Source: a virus (Duplodnaviria; Caudoviricetes). From it: 57,637 bases of DNA. Location of the stretch: positions 1 to 57,637 of the IMG/VR virus record IMGVR_UViG_3300030110_000139; one strand, 5' to 3'. Below are positions 36,955 to 46,967 of this stretch, piece after piece. A model generated the notes under the pieces. It ran no database searches. It saw only the letters and a list, made by a program, of their open reading frames with translations, and was not told the DNA's origin. How positions within the stretch are numbered: the stretch's first letter is position 1; every line of letters begins with the position of its first letter. The position numbers were made by a program, and so were the translations under genes.

Positions 36955-38166
36955 TTACATCTCCTCTAATTTAAATTTATATTTTTTACCATTTAATCTA
37001 TTTAATAAAAATAAATCATCTGAACCTTCTTGTATTGTCCAAGAGCCTCTAGTGCCATCTACTTCATTATCTCTTGTTTTAGTGTTATTTAAATTTATAT
37101 CACCAGTGTATATATCTCTCCATTGTTTTGAAGAAGATCCTAAATCATGTGTGTCATCTGCGGCTGGTAATATTGCTCCACCAAATACCGCTCCTGCATT
37201 AAATGTTGCTAATCCTGCCTCACTACCATCTATTGTAAGAAATGTTGTATCAGAGGATCCATCTGTACCTTTAAATATAATATCAGTATCATTGCCTTGA
37301 GCATCAATAGTTATATTACCTGCGGATGTTGCTAATGTAGATGCCGCATCACCTGTTGCTATGTCATCTAAGGCTGTGGTCGTGCTTACTGTACCAAAAG
37401 AAAGTGCTCCAGATCCATCTGTTTTTAAAAACTGTCCGTCAGAACCATCAGAGTTAGGTATTGTAAATGTTGTACCACCAGAGGTTAATTTTAAGTTTGT
37501 GCCGTCTGATAAAACAGCCTCGTCTGAATCATGTAATTGTAGTGTTGGTGTTCCTCCAGTGTCTGTCAAAAGCAATCCAGTATCATGCACATGAGTTAAT
37601 GCAATTTCAGAATTAGCACCAAAAGATACAATAGCTCCGTCTGAGGTTAAATTTACATCATCTCCAACATTTAAATCATCAGTGACTGTAAGATCATCAG
37701 TGACTGTAAGGTCATCATCTACAGTAAGATCAGCTACAGCTAAATGTGCAAAAGCATCTACTACTGCTGCACCAGAACCTGCACCATCTAAGTAAACAAC
37801 TCTTGCAGTGCCTGGTGCTATTGTAACATTAGCTCCAGATCCTTGTGATATAATTATATTTTGTGAACCACTTGTTCCGTTTTCAATAATATGAACTCTG
37901 TTTAAAGTGTTTGGTGCTATAGTAATAGTACAAGCAGAATCTAATGTTCCAGTGTATTTAATAAACATAGCTCTACCAGGATCAGTAGAAGCATCTGCAA
38001 CTGTGGTTGTATGAGTATCTGCGTTTGTTGTTATGCCTTCTGTGCCAAAACCTAATGCTTCACCTATAAGTTCTAAATTGGTGTTTGTTTTTGTACCCCA
38101 GTTACCCGACTGCTCTCCAGTCGCCATTTCTTCAAGTCTAAGATTATTTACAAATGTACTAGCCAT
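36955..38166 (-). CDS. Tail fibre protein
   Basis: GEQSGNWG..TN.NL N-terminus, LTVxDD repeats, GQFLKTDGSG, C-terminal WTIQEG..DLFL.N...GKKYKF. Confidence 0.8.
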   Translation of the reverse strand: MASTFVNNLRLEEMATGEQSGNWGTKTNTNLELIGEALGFGTEGITTNADTHTTTVADASTDPGRAMFIKYTGTLDSACTITIAPNTLNRVHIIENGTSGSQNIIISQGSGANVTIAPGTARVVYLDGAGSGAAVVDAFAHLAVADLTVDDDLTVTDDLTVTDDLNVGDDVNLTSDGAIVSFGANSEIALTHVHDTGLLLTDTGGTPTLQLHDSDEAVLSDGTNLKLTSGGTTFTIPNSDGSDGQFLKTDGSGALSFGTVSTTTALDDIATGDAASTLATSAGNITIDAQGNDTDIIFKGTDGSSDTTFLTIDGSEAGLATFNAGAVFGGAILPAADDTHDLGSSSKQWRDIYTGDINLNNTKTRDNEVDGTRGSWTIQEGSDDLFLLNRLNGKKYKFKLEEM

Positions 38167-38181
38167 ATTACTTTTCCTTTA

Positions 38182-41100
38182 TCATGCTGCCCATTCTGGA
38201 CTTTGTGATGGACTTATCGTGCTATAACTTGTTGTTGCACCTGTGACCTCAGTATAACTTGTTGTTGTGCCCGTGACCTCAGTATAACTTGTTGTTGCAC
38301 CTGTGACCTCAGTATAACTTACAGAAGTCTCATTGGCAATAAGTCCGTATAAATTTATAATTCCTAGTGCTCCAGTTGCCTCAACTCCAGTTATACTGAT
38401 GTTGTTGATTGCTAAAATAGATTCATTGCCCAAAGACGTTGTTCCAACAACTGTTGTTACATTTACTGGTGTGACTGTAAGAACAGTAGTTGTTCCCACT
38501 GCACTTGTACTTGTAGCCGCACTTGGAACAACAGTTGAGCCACCTGTTACGTTAAAAATCGAATCAGAAGTAAAGACAGTGTTACCCATATTACTATGGT
38601 TAGTACAGTAGTAATATAACGTAGGAGCATCACTAGCCACAGTAATTTCTGTATAAGCACCAGAACTTCCAGGTGTTCCATATGTTGTTACACCAGTTGT
38701 GTATTCTGAACCACTTGCGTGTGTTCCATTTGCAGTTGTAGAAAGACGTAGAGGGTGTGCTCCACCTGTGCCATTTGAAGAATCACTTTGATCAAACCTA
38801 TAAGTTTTACCCTCAACCAATGTCAAAACTGGACGTTCAACTCCGTTTATATAATAGGCGTTACTACTACCAGAGTCATATGATGATTTAGAGGCTACTG
38901 TAATGGTAAAAGTAATAGTTCCAGTATCTGTATTACCTATACCTCCAGTAGCGGACACACCCGTGACAGATAAATTAGCGTCACCACTTACGGCTTCGTC
39001 ACCAATATTAACAGTTCCAGTTAAAGCTGTTTCAGTAACTTTAGCTCCACCAGCAGCTAATACGTCACCAACTGAACCAGTGGCTGCAAATCCAGCAGCT
39101 TCAAATGTTATTGAAGGTAAGGCTGTTGCAGTGCCTAATGATGTAGTGGCTGCAACTCCAGTGACGGAAAATTCTATTAAAGGTAAAACTGTTACAGTGC
39201 CTAATCCAGTCGTGCCAACTTGACTTGAGGCTTCAAATGTTATTGAAGGTAAGGCTGTTACACTTCCTAATCCAGTCGTGCCAGTCAACCCAGTTTCAAC
39301 AACAACTACGTTAGAAAAGGCTATTTCATCTCCAATTTGCCCAGTGCCTTCAACGCCAGTGACTGAAAATGTTGCAAGTCCCGTTGTAGCCTCACTTCCA
39401 AGTGCTGTTGTTCCAACTACAGATGTAAGAGAAACAACTGTTTGAGGAGCAGCCGTTGCAGTTCCCACTGCACTTGTTCCTACTACACCTGATGCAGTAA
39501 ATACGCCTTGAGGTATTGTAGCTTCATCGCCAACGGAAGATACTCCTTCAACGCCAGTGACAGCAACAACCGAAGTTCCTGTCATAAATCCAGCAAAATT
39601 TCTTAGTCCAAAAAGATTCTCTTCATTGTCTGCACTATCATCCTCAAGAATAGCACCTACTGGAACTTCAGAAACAAACCTCATTCCAGCAGTTAAATCA
39701 TAACTTTTTGCTGATCCCGTAAGATTACTATCCGTTGTAGAATTACTAATAAGTTGAAAATTTGTAGGAAAATCAGATCCTGTATCGCTTGTGGCTAATT
39801 GAACTGTATCAACTAAATTTCCACTTGAATTAAAAACTTGTATGTTACGACCATTTGTTCCTGGTGCTCCCATAAAACAAACAAACTCTGCTGCTTCTAT
39901 TAATCTAAACTCATGTGCAAAACAGCCTTCTGCAATAAATGATGTTTTTTCTCCACCATCTGAATCAGCTATTGAAAAACCAGAGGAACTTGACGCTGTT
40001 TGATACCTATTTGTAGGTCCAGTAAAATCAGTGCCATTTGCAAAACTACCATTCGTTGTGCTAATAGTGCTACTGTTTGAACCACCATTACTGTCAAATC
40101 TTGTAAAGCTAGTTGCAGTTTCTCCATATCCATCAACTCTAACAGCTTGTGCACTCCCACTCGCTATGCCATATAAAAAGTCTGTGGTTGCAGGAAAAGC
40201 TGGTCTTGTATCTGTGCTTAAATCTGCATTACCAGTTTTGAAAACAATAATAGGTAAATCAGAAAAGACTGTGTATTGTGGATCACTCGAATCGTCAGCA
40301 TAAGTTTGAGTTGTAGTTGACGTACTACCAACAGAAATTGTTGCATTTAAAGAACCATCTTTAAATATTTTAACCTCTGCCGTTCCATACAAAGCTCTCA
40401 TTTGTAGTATAAAACCAGTACGAGAATTGAAAAAACCAAAAGAAGTTCCAGCCCAAGAAGTTGGAACACCAGTTGACTCATTGTTAGTATTTTGTAGTGT
40501 TATCGGCTTATCTGCCGATATTAACTTATTTTCATAATTAGAAGCAGCGACATCTAAAGTACCCCCAGCAGAAGAAATTGTTCCTAACGAAGATCCATCT
40601 GAAAATACTTCTGTGGTTGCCTCATAGGAAATGACTTTTACTGTAGGATCATTACTATCAGTAGGCACAAACCATTCGGCATGAAATGCTCCAGCTAAGT
40701 CTGGATTACCAACGGCTTGATGACCACTTGCACTAACTACGCATTGTGGGACTACAGTTTCACTGCCAACTGAAGTTGTGCCAGAAACGCCAGTAACACT
40801 AAATGCTACAGTTTGTGTTGTGGCTACAGTTTCACTGCCAACAGCAGTAGTTCCAACAACACCCGTTACTGCAACTGTAATTGCAGGAAGTGCAGTTACA
40901 GTTCCTACTGATGTCGTGCCTTCAGTTTCAACAGCACCTTTAACAGAAATTGAATCAACTGATAAAACATGACCAGTGCCAGAGGAATAAGGGTATAATC
41001 TAAGTTGATTTGTACCACTGTTTGCCGTGAAAGTAAGAGTAGTTGTCCCAACAGCTACATTTGCATAATCTGTTACACTAGACCCATCGTGGATAGCAAC

Positions 41101-41382
41101 AAAAAAACTGCCTGTTTCAGCCGTTACTAAAACTGATATTGTGTAGCTTCTACCAGCGTCTAAAGTTAAATTTTGACTAAAAGTGTGATACTGATTTGCA
41201 GTAATTGTAACAATACCATCACTGACAGAGGCACTAGAATTAGAACTGGTTGACCAGCCAGTAGTATCAGAGTCAAATTCTCCATTGGTAACTTGCTCTA
41301 TTCCAGATACAACAACAGGTATGGGAGCGTTCCACGCTCCTTCACCCCATGCACCTCGACCCCAACCAGTAATGTTCGCCAT
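38182..41382 (-). CDS. Long Thr/Gly/Val-repeat fibre protein with inserted globular domains
   Basis: GWG..AWG start, VTGV.GT..VG repeats, CBM-like insert, LYYYCTNHSNMG cupredoxin-like insert. Confidence 0.75.
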   Translation of the reverse strand: MANITGWGRGAWGEGAWNAPIPVVVSGIEQVTNGEFDSDTTGWSTSSNSSASVSDGIVTITANQYHTFSQNLTLDAGRSYTISVLVTAETGSFFVAIHDGSSVTDYANVAVGTTTLTFTANSGTNQLRLYPYSSGTGHVLSVDSISVKGAVETEGTTSVGTVTALPAITVAVTGVVGTTAVGSETVATTQTVAFSVTGVSGTTSVGSETVVPQCVVSASGHQAVGNPDLAGAFHAEWFVPTDSNDPTVKVISYEATTEVFSDGSSLGTISSAGGTLDVAASNYENKLISADKPITLQNTNNESTGVPTSWAGTSFGFFNSRTGFILQMRALYGTAEVKIFKDGSLNATISVGSTSTTTQTYADDSSDPQYTVFSDLPIIVFKTGNADLSTDTRPAFPATTDFLYGIASGSAQAVRVDGYGETATSFTRFDSNGGSNSSTISTTNGSFANGTDFTGPTNRYQTASSSSGFSIADSDGGEKTSFIAEGCFAHEFRLIEAAEFVCFMGAPGTNGRNIQVFNSSGNLVDTVQLATSDTGSDFPTNFQLISNSTTDSNLTGSAKSYDLTAGMRFVSEVPVGAILEDDSADNEENLFGLRNFAGFMTGTSVVAVTGVEGVSSVGDEATIPQGVFTASGVVGTSAVGTATAAPQTVVSLTSVVGTTALGSEATTGLATFSVTGVEGTGQIGDEIAFSNVVVVETGLTGTTGLGSVTALPSITFEASSQVGTTGLGTVTVLPLIEFSVTGVAATTSLGTATALPSITFEAAGFAATGSVGDVLAAGGAKVTETALTGTVNIGDEAVSGDANLSVTGVSATGGIGNTDTGTITFTITVASKSSYDSGSSNAYYINGVERPVLTLVEGKTYRFDQSDSSNGTGGAHPLRLSTTANGTHASGSEYTTGVTTYGTPGSSGAYTEITVASDAPTLYYYCTNHSNMGNTVFTSDSIFNVTGGSTVVPSAATSTSAVGTTTVLTVTPVNVTTVVGTTSLGNESILAINNISITGVEATGALGIINLYGLIANETSVSYTEVTGATTSYTEVTGTTTSYTEVTGATTSYSTISPSQSPEWAA
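38223..38320. repeat. 30-bp tandem repeat x3.3 encoding SYTEVTG(A/T)TT
   Basis: Read directly; in frame within the fibre gene. Confidence 0.9.
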
Positions 41383-41396
41383 TGGTTAGCCTTTTA

Positions 41397-41861
41397 TTAG
41401 GCTATTCTAATAATAGCGTTTGATGCGTCTGCTGTTGGAAATTGTATTGTAAATGTGCCTGATGTTGATGTTTTATTATTTGTAAAATCTAACACACATA
41501 CTGCTTTATCACTGCTAGTGTCATTATATATTAATGCACCCATTGCAGTAATTGTTGCAGTTGTAAAACTTAAATCAACAAAATCTGTAAATGCAGTTGC
41601 CGAAGAAGTTGAACTAGCAACAGACGGAGCAACTTTAGTCAAAGCTCCACCACCAGCACTGTAACTACCACTGTTAGCAATTTCGCCAGTTGTTGTATAA
41701 GCTGTTGTTCCATGACCTAAAGTAGCAGTTGTACTAGATTTACCACCACCACCTTCTGCATATAGTGCTAGTTTAAAAGCATTGCCATTAGTGGCAAAGT
41801 TATGTGTGCCAAGCATCAGTTCTTTTTTAAATGCGTTGCACATTGCTTGGGTTATAGCCAT
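41397..41861 (-). CDS. Virion structural protein
   Basis: FKKELM.G.HNF, FKLALY, GALIYND, FTIQFP motifs; structural operon. Confidence 0.65.
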   Translation of the reverse strand: MAITQAMCNAFKKELMLGTHNFATNGNAFKLALYAEGGGGKSSTTATLGHGTTAYTTTGEIANSGSYSAGGGALTKVAPSVASSTSSATAFTDFVDLSFTTATITAMGALIYNDTSSDKAVCVLDFTNNKTSTSGTFTIQFPTADASNAIIRIA

Positions 41862-41862
41862 A

Positions 41863-42150
41863 TTAGAGTCTCCTTATATATTCAGCCGTTTCCTTTTGAC
41901 CACTTGATCGCAAGGCTTGAATGATTGTAGCACGCTCTTCCTTTCTTGCCAAGATAAGATAATGGTATAAAATTATTTTAAGGTGCTCTTTAAACACTTT
42001 AGCTTGTTGTCTTATGTGTGGTGGAGCTTGATCAGAAATACTTGCAATCTTATCAACAGCAAGATCAGCTATCTGTTCATTAGTTAAGCCTCCTCCATTT
42101 GAAGTTTTAATATTAACACTGCCTACTTGTGATACATTGACATTAAACAT
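41863..42150 (-). CDS. Hypothetical protein
   Basis: Coupled ORF. Confidence 0.65.
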   Translation of the reverse strand: MFNVNVSQVGSVNIKTSNGGGLTNEQIADLAVDKIASISDQAPPHIRQQAKVFKEHLKIILYHYLILARKEERATIIQALRSSGQKETAEYIRRL

Positions 42151-42929
42151 TATGAGACTGCTCCATTTTTAAAATGAGTGAATACTACGTTTTGTTTTAA
42201 ATTTTTATTTACTTTAAGTTTTACGGGATGAGAGAATACCATATATCCTAAAACAGTGCCTTTCTTTATATTTATTTCGTTTATTTGTTTAGTCGTATCC
42301 ATCTTATATAACACATTGAGTTGTAAATCACTATGTTCTTTATATACATTAAAACATCCACCTGGTGGTACATCAAAAGGTAATTCATTGTGCCAATAAG
42401 GTGATGTAAATATATATGAGTGTGATGATGAAACTTTGAAAGGATAACAAAATTTTAAGTTTCTGTAATCTTTGAATCTGTCACTACCAGAAGAAAACTG
42501 ATTATTAGAGTGAGTTTGTATTTCCAACATTGCAGGAAACAATGATTTATTAATAATAAAACTGTCCTGTCCCTCATCTTTAATAAAAATATCAATATCT
42601 ATAGGAGCTTTTAAAAGTATTGTTGATTTAAATAAACCTGTTATTCCTGGACAAGTTTTCATTGTGGAGCGATTGTAGTCTGGCTTTTTTGCACTTGCAA
42701 CAGCCATATTATTTTTCTTCATATAATCAAAAACAGTTAAAGGATTAAAATAATTTGTAGCTTTTTTTAATGATTGAAACCATGAACTACTACTGGGGAC
42801 ACACGGCTCCATCCATAAATTTGTATTGTCGATTATTTCCTCTGGTGTCATATTCATTTGATCACAACAATTTTTTCTAATATTATAAGATAAAAAACTT
42901 ACATCCTTTTCTGTTAACAATTTAAACAT
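42150..42929 (-). CDS. AT-rich hypothetical protein (MKTCPG motif; possible dUTPase-like beta fold)
   Basis: TMKTCPG and IKKGTVL segments; fold assignment tentative. Confidence 0.5.
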   Translation of the reverse strand: MFKLLTEKDVSFLSYNIRKNCCDQMNMTPEEIIDNTNLWMEPCVPSSSSWFQSLKKATNYFNPLTVFDYMKKNNMAVASAKKPDYNRSTMKTCPGITGLFKSTILLKAPIDIDIFIKDEGQDSFIINKSLFPAMLEIQTHSNNQFSSGSDRFKDYRNLKFCYPFKVSSSHSYIFTSPYWHNELPFDVPPGGCFNVYKEHSDLQLNVLYKMDTTKQINEINIKKGTVLGYMVFSHPVKLKVNKNLKQNVVFTHFKNGAVS

Positions 42930-43641
42930 CTTTTTTCTCCTCGTAACTTACTCCAGGTATATCCTCTCTTCCTATTAAATTAGAATGAGAGTCTAAAGGT
43001 TCTGGTGGTTCTAATTTTGATTTTCTTTTAATTACTAAACTACCCTCAGATACACTTGATATTAGAGGATTTTCTAATCTATGATATCCATAAAGCTTTT
43101 CATCATCTGGCACATTAGTGTCTAACAAAGATGAATTGTAAGCAATGTTAATTTTAATTCCTTTTGATATAGCTATAGCCAACCAAAACTCACAACAACC
43201 TCTACCAGCCTCTGCAAAAGCAACATTTTTGTGAGTAAAATCAATACCATATAAATGTAATTCTTTTACCTCTTGTGCTACTGCATAAGCTATTGCATAG
43301 GCAACAGTATTATTTAAATAAGCATAACCAGTTTTTTTAAGAACCTTCTCTAATGGGTATTCCACAACATCAGGACATCTTTCATCTAACGTGCAAGAAA
43401 AAATAGGTATGCCTAATTTCTTTTTCAATCTTTCAGACATTACATCTGTTTGTTTACCTGCATTTGGAGTATCCAAAAATCTTGATGGAGGATCCATCAT
43501 AAACATTTTATCGTGAAATATTACAGAAGAAACAGAGTTGATAGCCCATGTTTCATCAAACTTTTCACTTCTAATTTTTGCCATCATGTATTCGGCACAA
43601 CTATTGCCTAATGCGACAATAGCAACACTTTTATTTTTCAT
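42922..43641 (-). CDS. Sialyltransferase/Maf/MptE-like Rossmann-fold protein
   Basis: VAIVALGNS, WAINS, LHLYGIDF motifs. Confidence 0.55.
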   Translation of the reverse strand: MKNKSVAIVALGNSCAEYMMAKIRSEKFDETWAINSVSSVIFHDKMFMMDPPSRFLDTPNAGKQTDVMSERLKKKLGIPIFSCTLDERCPDVVEYPLEKVLKKTGYAYLNNTVAYAIAYAVAQEVKELHLYGIDFTHKNVAFAEAGRGCCEFWLAIAISKGIKINIAYNSSLLDTNVPDDEKLYGYHRLENPLISSVSEGSLVIKRKSKLEPPEPLDSHSNLIGREDIPGVSYEEKKDV

Positions 43642-43653
43642 TTTGCTACCTTT

Positions 43654-44301
43654 TTATTGATTTCGAGTTCTTACTAATCCCTCCCTATAAGCATCTGTGT
43701 TTTCTTTAGCCTCTGCGTATATTTTTAATCTGCTAATGGCTTCAGTAAACCGAGCTGTATAAAGTTGTAATAAATCGTTTTCACCTTTCATAAATGTGTA
43801 TGCTTCTATGAGAGTTGCATATAACAAAGCATCTGGTGCATTTGTGCTAATCCACGTTGAGCCAGAACCATCTGTTGTCAATGAAGTTGGTCTATAATAA
43901 TAATGCACCTCAACAGTAAAATTACTATTTGGTGTTGGTGCAACGATAAAATTATCTACATCAAAAGAAGCGTAAAACCTTGGAGTTCCAGTTGTGGCTG
44001 GATTAGGATGAAATTCTTGTAAATAGTTTACATCTTTTTGTAATAAAAAAACATTTTCACTACTAGAGTTTACAAAAGACAAAGAAAAATTTGCTAACCA
44101 ATCTGATGGTTTTTGTAAAAATTTATTGCCATTTGTCATAGTACCTGTGGCATTTTTTCTAAAATATTCTAAGTCAACAACTTTAAATATTCTTTCTTCT
44201 GCATTTTTAATAAAAAATGGTATCTCAGCAACAAATGTACTTTCGTCATTTTGCGTCCATTCTTGTACTGAAGCTGTAAGTGTTGTTAATGTAAAACTCA
44301 T
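43654..44301 (-). CDS. Tail tubular / adaptor protein
   Basis: FIKNAEERI, GTPRFYA, APTP, PDALLYA.L.EA. Confidence 0.7.
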   Translation of the reverse strand: MSFTLTTLTASVQEWTQNDESTFVAEIPFFIKNAEERIFKVVDLEYFRKNATGTMTNGNKFLQKPSDWLANFSLSFVNSSSENVFLLQKDVNYLQEFHPNPATTGTPRFYASFDVDNFIVAPTPNSNFTVEVHYYYRPTSLTTDGSGSTWISTNAPDALLYATLIEAYTFMKGENDLLQLYTARFTEAISRLKIYAEAKENTDAYREGLVRTRNQ

Positions 44302-44612
44302 GATGTACTCACTGTAACTGTTCCAACAGAAGTTGTGGCACTAAATGTTGTTAATAAAGTTCCCAAGTTGCCTAAACCAGTATTAGTGTACAATATAAAC
44401 TTTTTGTTATCATCTTTAATATCTGGTCTTGCATCTTGAATTGCCTCAGCGTCAGGCGTTGATCTTACTGGCTCTAATTGTGGGTGCTTTTCTTCATATT
44501 CGTCTTTACCTACTACTGAACCATTCCACTCTTTTCTTGTGTCTTTAATACGATACCTAAAACCAGACCTATCTGATATTCTATAAGCATATTTACCACT
44601 AGCAAAAGGCAT
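44298..44612 (-). CDS. Conserved phage protein
   Basis: ISDRSGFRY, EWNG, KHPQL motifs. Confidence 0.7.
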   Translation of the reverse strand: MPFASGKYAYRISDRSGFRYRIKDTRKEWNGSVVGKDEYEEKHPQLEPVRSTPDAEAIQDARPDIKDDNKKFILYTNTGLGNLGTLLTTFSATTSVGTVTVSTS

Positions 44613-45280
44613 TATCCAACCCTATAATAATCAAGTTTGGGTGTTACATTAAATGCTGATCTATCTCTATCTTCAGCCATCGCTCTTTCAAACTCTTCTT
44701 CATACACAGATTTAAGAAGTTGTATTCTATCGGGTGCTCTTTTCATAGCTATATAATAAGCCAATCCAGCTGTTAGACAAGGTATAAATCTAAAGGGTAT
44801 CTCAAGAGTGTTAACTTGCGTATCAGCGTCTTGCATCCTTGTTAAAGCATCAAAGACAATAACATCTGTGCTGTTTTCGGGTGTTGGGTATAATTTTAGA
44901 TTAGGAGTTATTTGTCTATCCAAAAAATATTGTGTTGGTCTACCTGTTGATGTCTTGTTTGGTAGATTAAGAAAGGTATCTCTGCTAATTCTAGTCATGC
45001 TAAAATCCGTGCCACTTCTTTTTACAACCACTGATAAAATATCTATTATATCTGTTGACAAGCTGTACTCTGAATCATTTGATGTCAATGCTTGAGTTCT
45101 TTGCTCAATAGTCCATTGATTAAGGCCACGATTTGCCCACTCAGCAAGCATAATATTTAAAGAACGCCTAGCAGTTTGCAAATCATAACCAGTTTTAGCC
45201 TCTAAGCCACATCTCTCAAAAGCCTCTTCAATGTACTCAGCTACATCTAAATTAAAGTCAGTAGAGCTTGAAGTGGTCAT
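44612..45280 (-). CDS. Head-tail adaptor-like protein
   Basis: EEAFERCG, ARRSLN...EWANRG, GRPTQY, GLAYY. Confidence 0.7.
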   Translation of the reverse strand: MTTSSSTDFNLDVAEYIEEAFERCGLEAKTGYDLQTARRSLNIMLAEWANRGLNQWTIEQRTQALTSNDSEYSLSTDIIDILSVVVKRSGTDFSMTRISRDTFLNLPNKTSTGRPTQYFLDRQITPNLKLYPTPENSTDVIVFDALTRMQDADTQVNTLEIPFRFIPCLTAGLAYYIAMKRAPDRIQLLKSVYEEEFERAMAEDRDRSAFNVTPKLDYYRVG

Positions 45281-45441
45281 TAGGCTTTACCACCTTTTTT
45301 CATTTTCTTCATAGCCATTCCACCACCACGCATTTTCTTAGCCATTCCACCGCCACGCATTTTTTTTGGTTTCATAGCCATGCCACCACCTCTCATTTTT
45401 TTAATTCCAGATGCTTTCATTTTTCTAGGACTCATTGCCAT
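45280..45441 (-). CDS. 53-aa basic protein built of KKMRGGGM repeats (absent from ORF track)
   Basis: MAMSPRKMKASGIKKMRGGGMAMKPKKMRGGGMAKKMRGGGMAMKKMKKGGKA; AGGAG RBS; TAATG coupling. Confidence 0.85.
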   Translation of the reverse strand: MAMSPRKMKASGIKKMRGGGMAMKPKKMRGGGMAKKMRGGGMAMKKMKKGGKA

Positions 45442-46007
45442 ACTTCACTCCTTTTAAGTTTGTTATAGTATTGTTGTCTTTGCTCATAAATATCTTCAAC
45501 ATTGTACTCATTATAATATTTATCATAATATCCAAGTTTCTTCAATTTATTTGCACTTTCTTGTAACTTTGTTAATCGTTGTACGAAAATCAAAGCATAT
45601 TCTTCCTTAACAATATTTGCAAATGTGCCGTCATCAATAAGTTCATTTACATCATCGTTAGGGTGAAATCCCATCAACCAAATATCTTTTTGTTTGTATT
45701 TGCCTTCTTGAATTTTTTCATTTACATCACTTAAATGTTTATGAAATTTTTCATTATTTTCAAAACACATATCAACAATAATTATTAAATCTTTGTTATC
45801 TTTAAAACAATCTATCAAAGTATCTAAACAATAATATGAACTGGTGTTTTTAAATGCAAAGCTTACTTTTTTGTCTTTCCAAGCTGTTTTTGCAAAAGGA
45901 CAAGATGGAAGATTGTTATAATTTTTGTTTGGCTTTTCTAATGCAAATCTTGACCATTCACGAATTTCTTCACAAATATGATCCTCAAGATTTTTATACT
46001 CATCCAT
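45432..46007 (-). CDS. DUF1415-like protein
   Basis: CPFA and FHP motifs. Confidence 0.55.
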   Translation of the reverse strand: MDEYKNLEDHICEEIREWSRFALEKPNKNYNNLPSCPFAKTAWKDKKVSFAFKNTSSYYCLDTLIDCFKDNKDLIIIVDMCFENNEKFHKHLSDVNEKIQEGKYKQKDIWLMGFHPNDDVNELIDDGTFANIVKEEYALIFVQRLTKLQESANKLKKLGYYDKYYNEYNVEDIYEQRQQYYNKLKRSEVWQ

Positions 46008-46288
46008 TACTTTGTCTTCCTACGCCTAGCTGCAGCTACTCTTCTTGGCTTACCAGCTGGTTGACCTAATCTTTTCTTTTGTGCGATACGTTTTCTTTTT
46101 TCTGAGGCAGACATCTCCGAAGCAGTTTTCGGAGTTTTCTTACTAATCCTTTTACTTGGACGACAATAAGGCGTACCACGCTTCTCACCCTTTTGACGAC
46201 CACATTTTTTACCTGTCTTAACATCTTTCCAGTCCTCCTTAAACCATCGTTTGAGAGCTAAACCAGCTTTTGTTTTTCTCACAGCCAT
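46007..46288 (-). CDS. Highly basic small protein
   Basis: LKRWFKEDW, PYCRP; Lys/Arg-rich; coupled. Confidence 0.75.
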   Translation of the reverse strand: MAVRKTKAGLALKRWFKEDWKDVKTGKKCGRQKGEKRGTPYCRPSKRISKKTPKTASEMSASEKRKRIAQKKRLGQPAGKPRRVAAARRRKTK

Positions 46289-46569
46289 TATCTAAACTTT
46301 GTTACTTTTCTTCTATTGCTCATAACTGCACCACAACCCCTTGCAATATTAGGATTTTTAGATGGTCGTTTAACTTTACCCTTTGACACATTTCCGCCAT
46401 TTTTCATTTCTACTACACCACCCATAGCTTTTTTCTTTGCTTTTTTACCACCTTTACCATAGTTGGCTGCTCCTACCTTTCGGCATTTTGCGATGGCTCC
46501 TGAAGCATAAGCTGATGGAAAAACCCTATATCTAGCTTTTACTTTACGATAACAAGCGTCTTTAGGCAT
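46288..46569 (-). CDS. Basic small protein with xxxGG motifs
   Basis: PSAYASG, KAMGG, MKNGG, ARGCGA. Confidence 0.75.
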   Translation of the reverse strand: MPKDACYRKVKARYRVFPSAYASGAIAKCRKVGAANYGKGGKKAKKKAMGGVVEMKNGGNVSKGKVKRPSKNPNIARGCGAVMSNRRKVTKFR

Positions 46570-46645
46570 AATTTATCTCCTTGATAATTTCCAACAAGTG
46601 CACATCCACTCTTTTTTTTTGCATTTTAAACATACTTTAATCGGT

Positions 46646-46807
46646 TCACCTCTTACGACCTCTCCTTTTTTTAGCGGCACAATGTGCTTTTTCAGAAAAT
46701 CCTTTAGGTCGTTTACAATTGATTTTCCTCTTCCTCTTGACATTAAACTTCCTTTTCTGCGGAGGCTTTGACACTTGTTGTGCCATTTGAGACCTCCCCA
46801 TAACCAT
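46646..46807 (-). CDS. 53-aa basic protein (INCKRPKGFSEKAHC)
   Basis: Translated by hand; abuts the upstream stop. Confidence 0.65.
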   Translation of the reverse strand: MVMGRSQMAQQVSKPPQKRKFNVKRKRKINCKRPKGFSEKAHCAAKKRRGRKR

Positions 46808-46966
46808 TTAAATAAACTTATGTAAAAATGGCGTTATAACAATTAAAACAGCTAAACCCCAAACTTTTAAATCTAATTTATCAAGACTTTTTTCTATTTT
46901 TTCATAACGTCTATTACACTCAGATTCGTGCTTTTCTAATAATTTTAAAACTTCATTCGCTCTCAT
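46808..46966 (-). CDS. 52-aa coiled-coil plus C-terminal TM protein (XhlA-like architecture)
   Basis: MRANEVLKLLEKHESECNRRYEKIEKSLDKLDLKVWGLAVLIVITPFLHKFI. Confidence 0.65.
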   Translation of the reverse strand: MRANEVLKLLEKHESECNRRYEKIEKSLDKLDLKVWGLAVLIVITPFLHKFI

Positions 46967-46967
46967 T

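Noticed and set aside
38223-38320. 30-bp repeats as a mini-CRISPR or DGR template
   Set aside because: Head-to-tail in-frame coding repeats without spacers; no reverse transcriptase seen.
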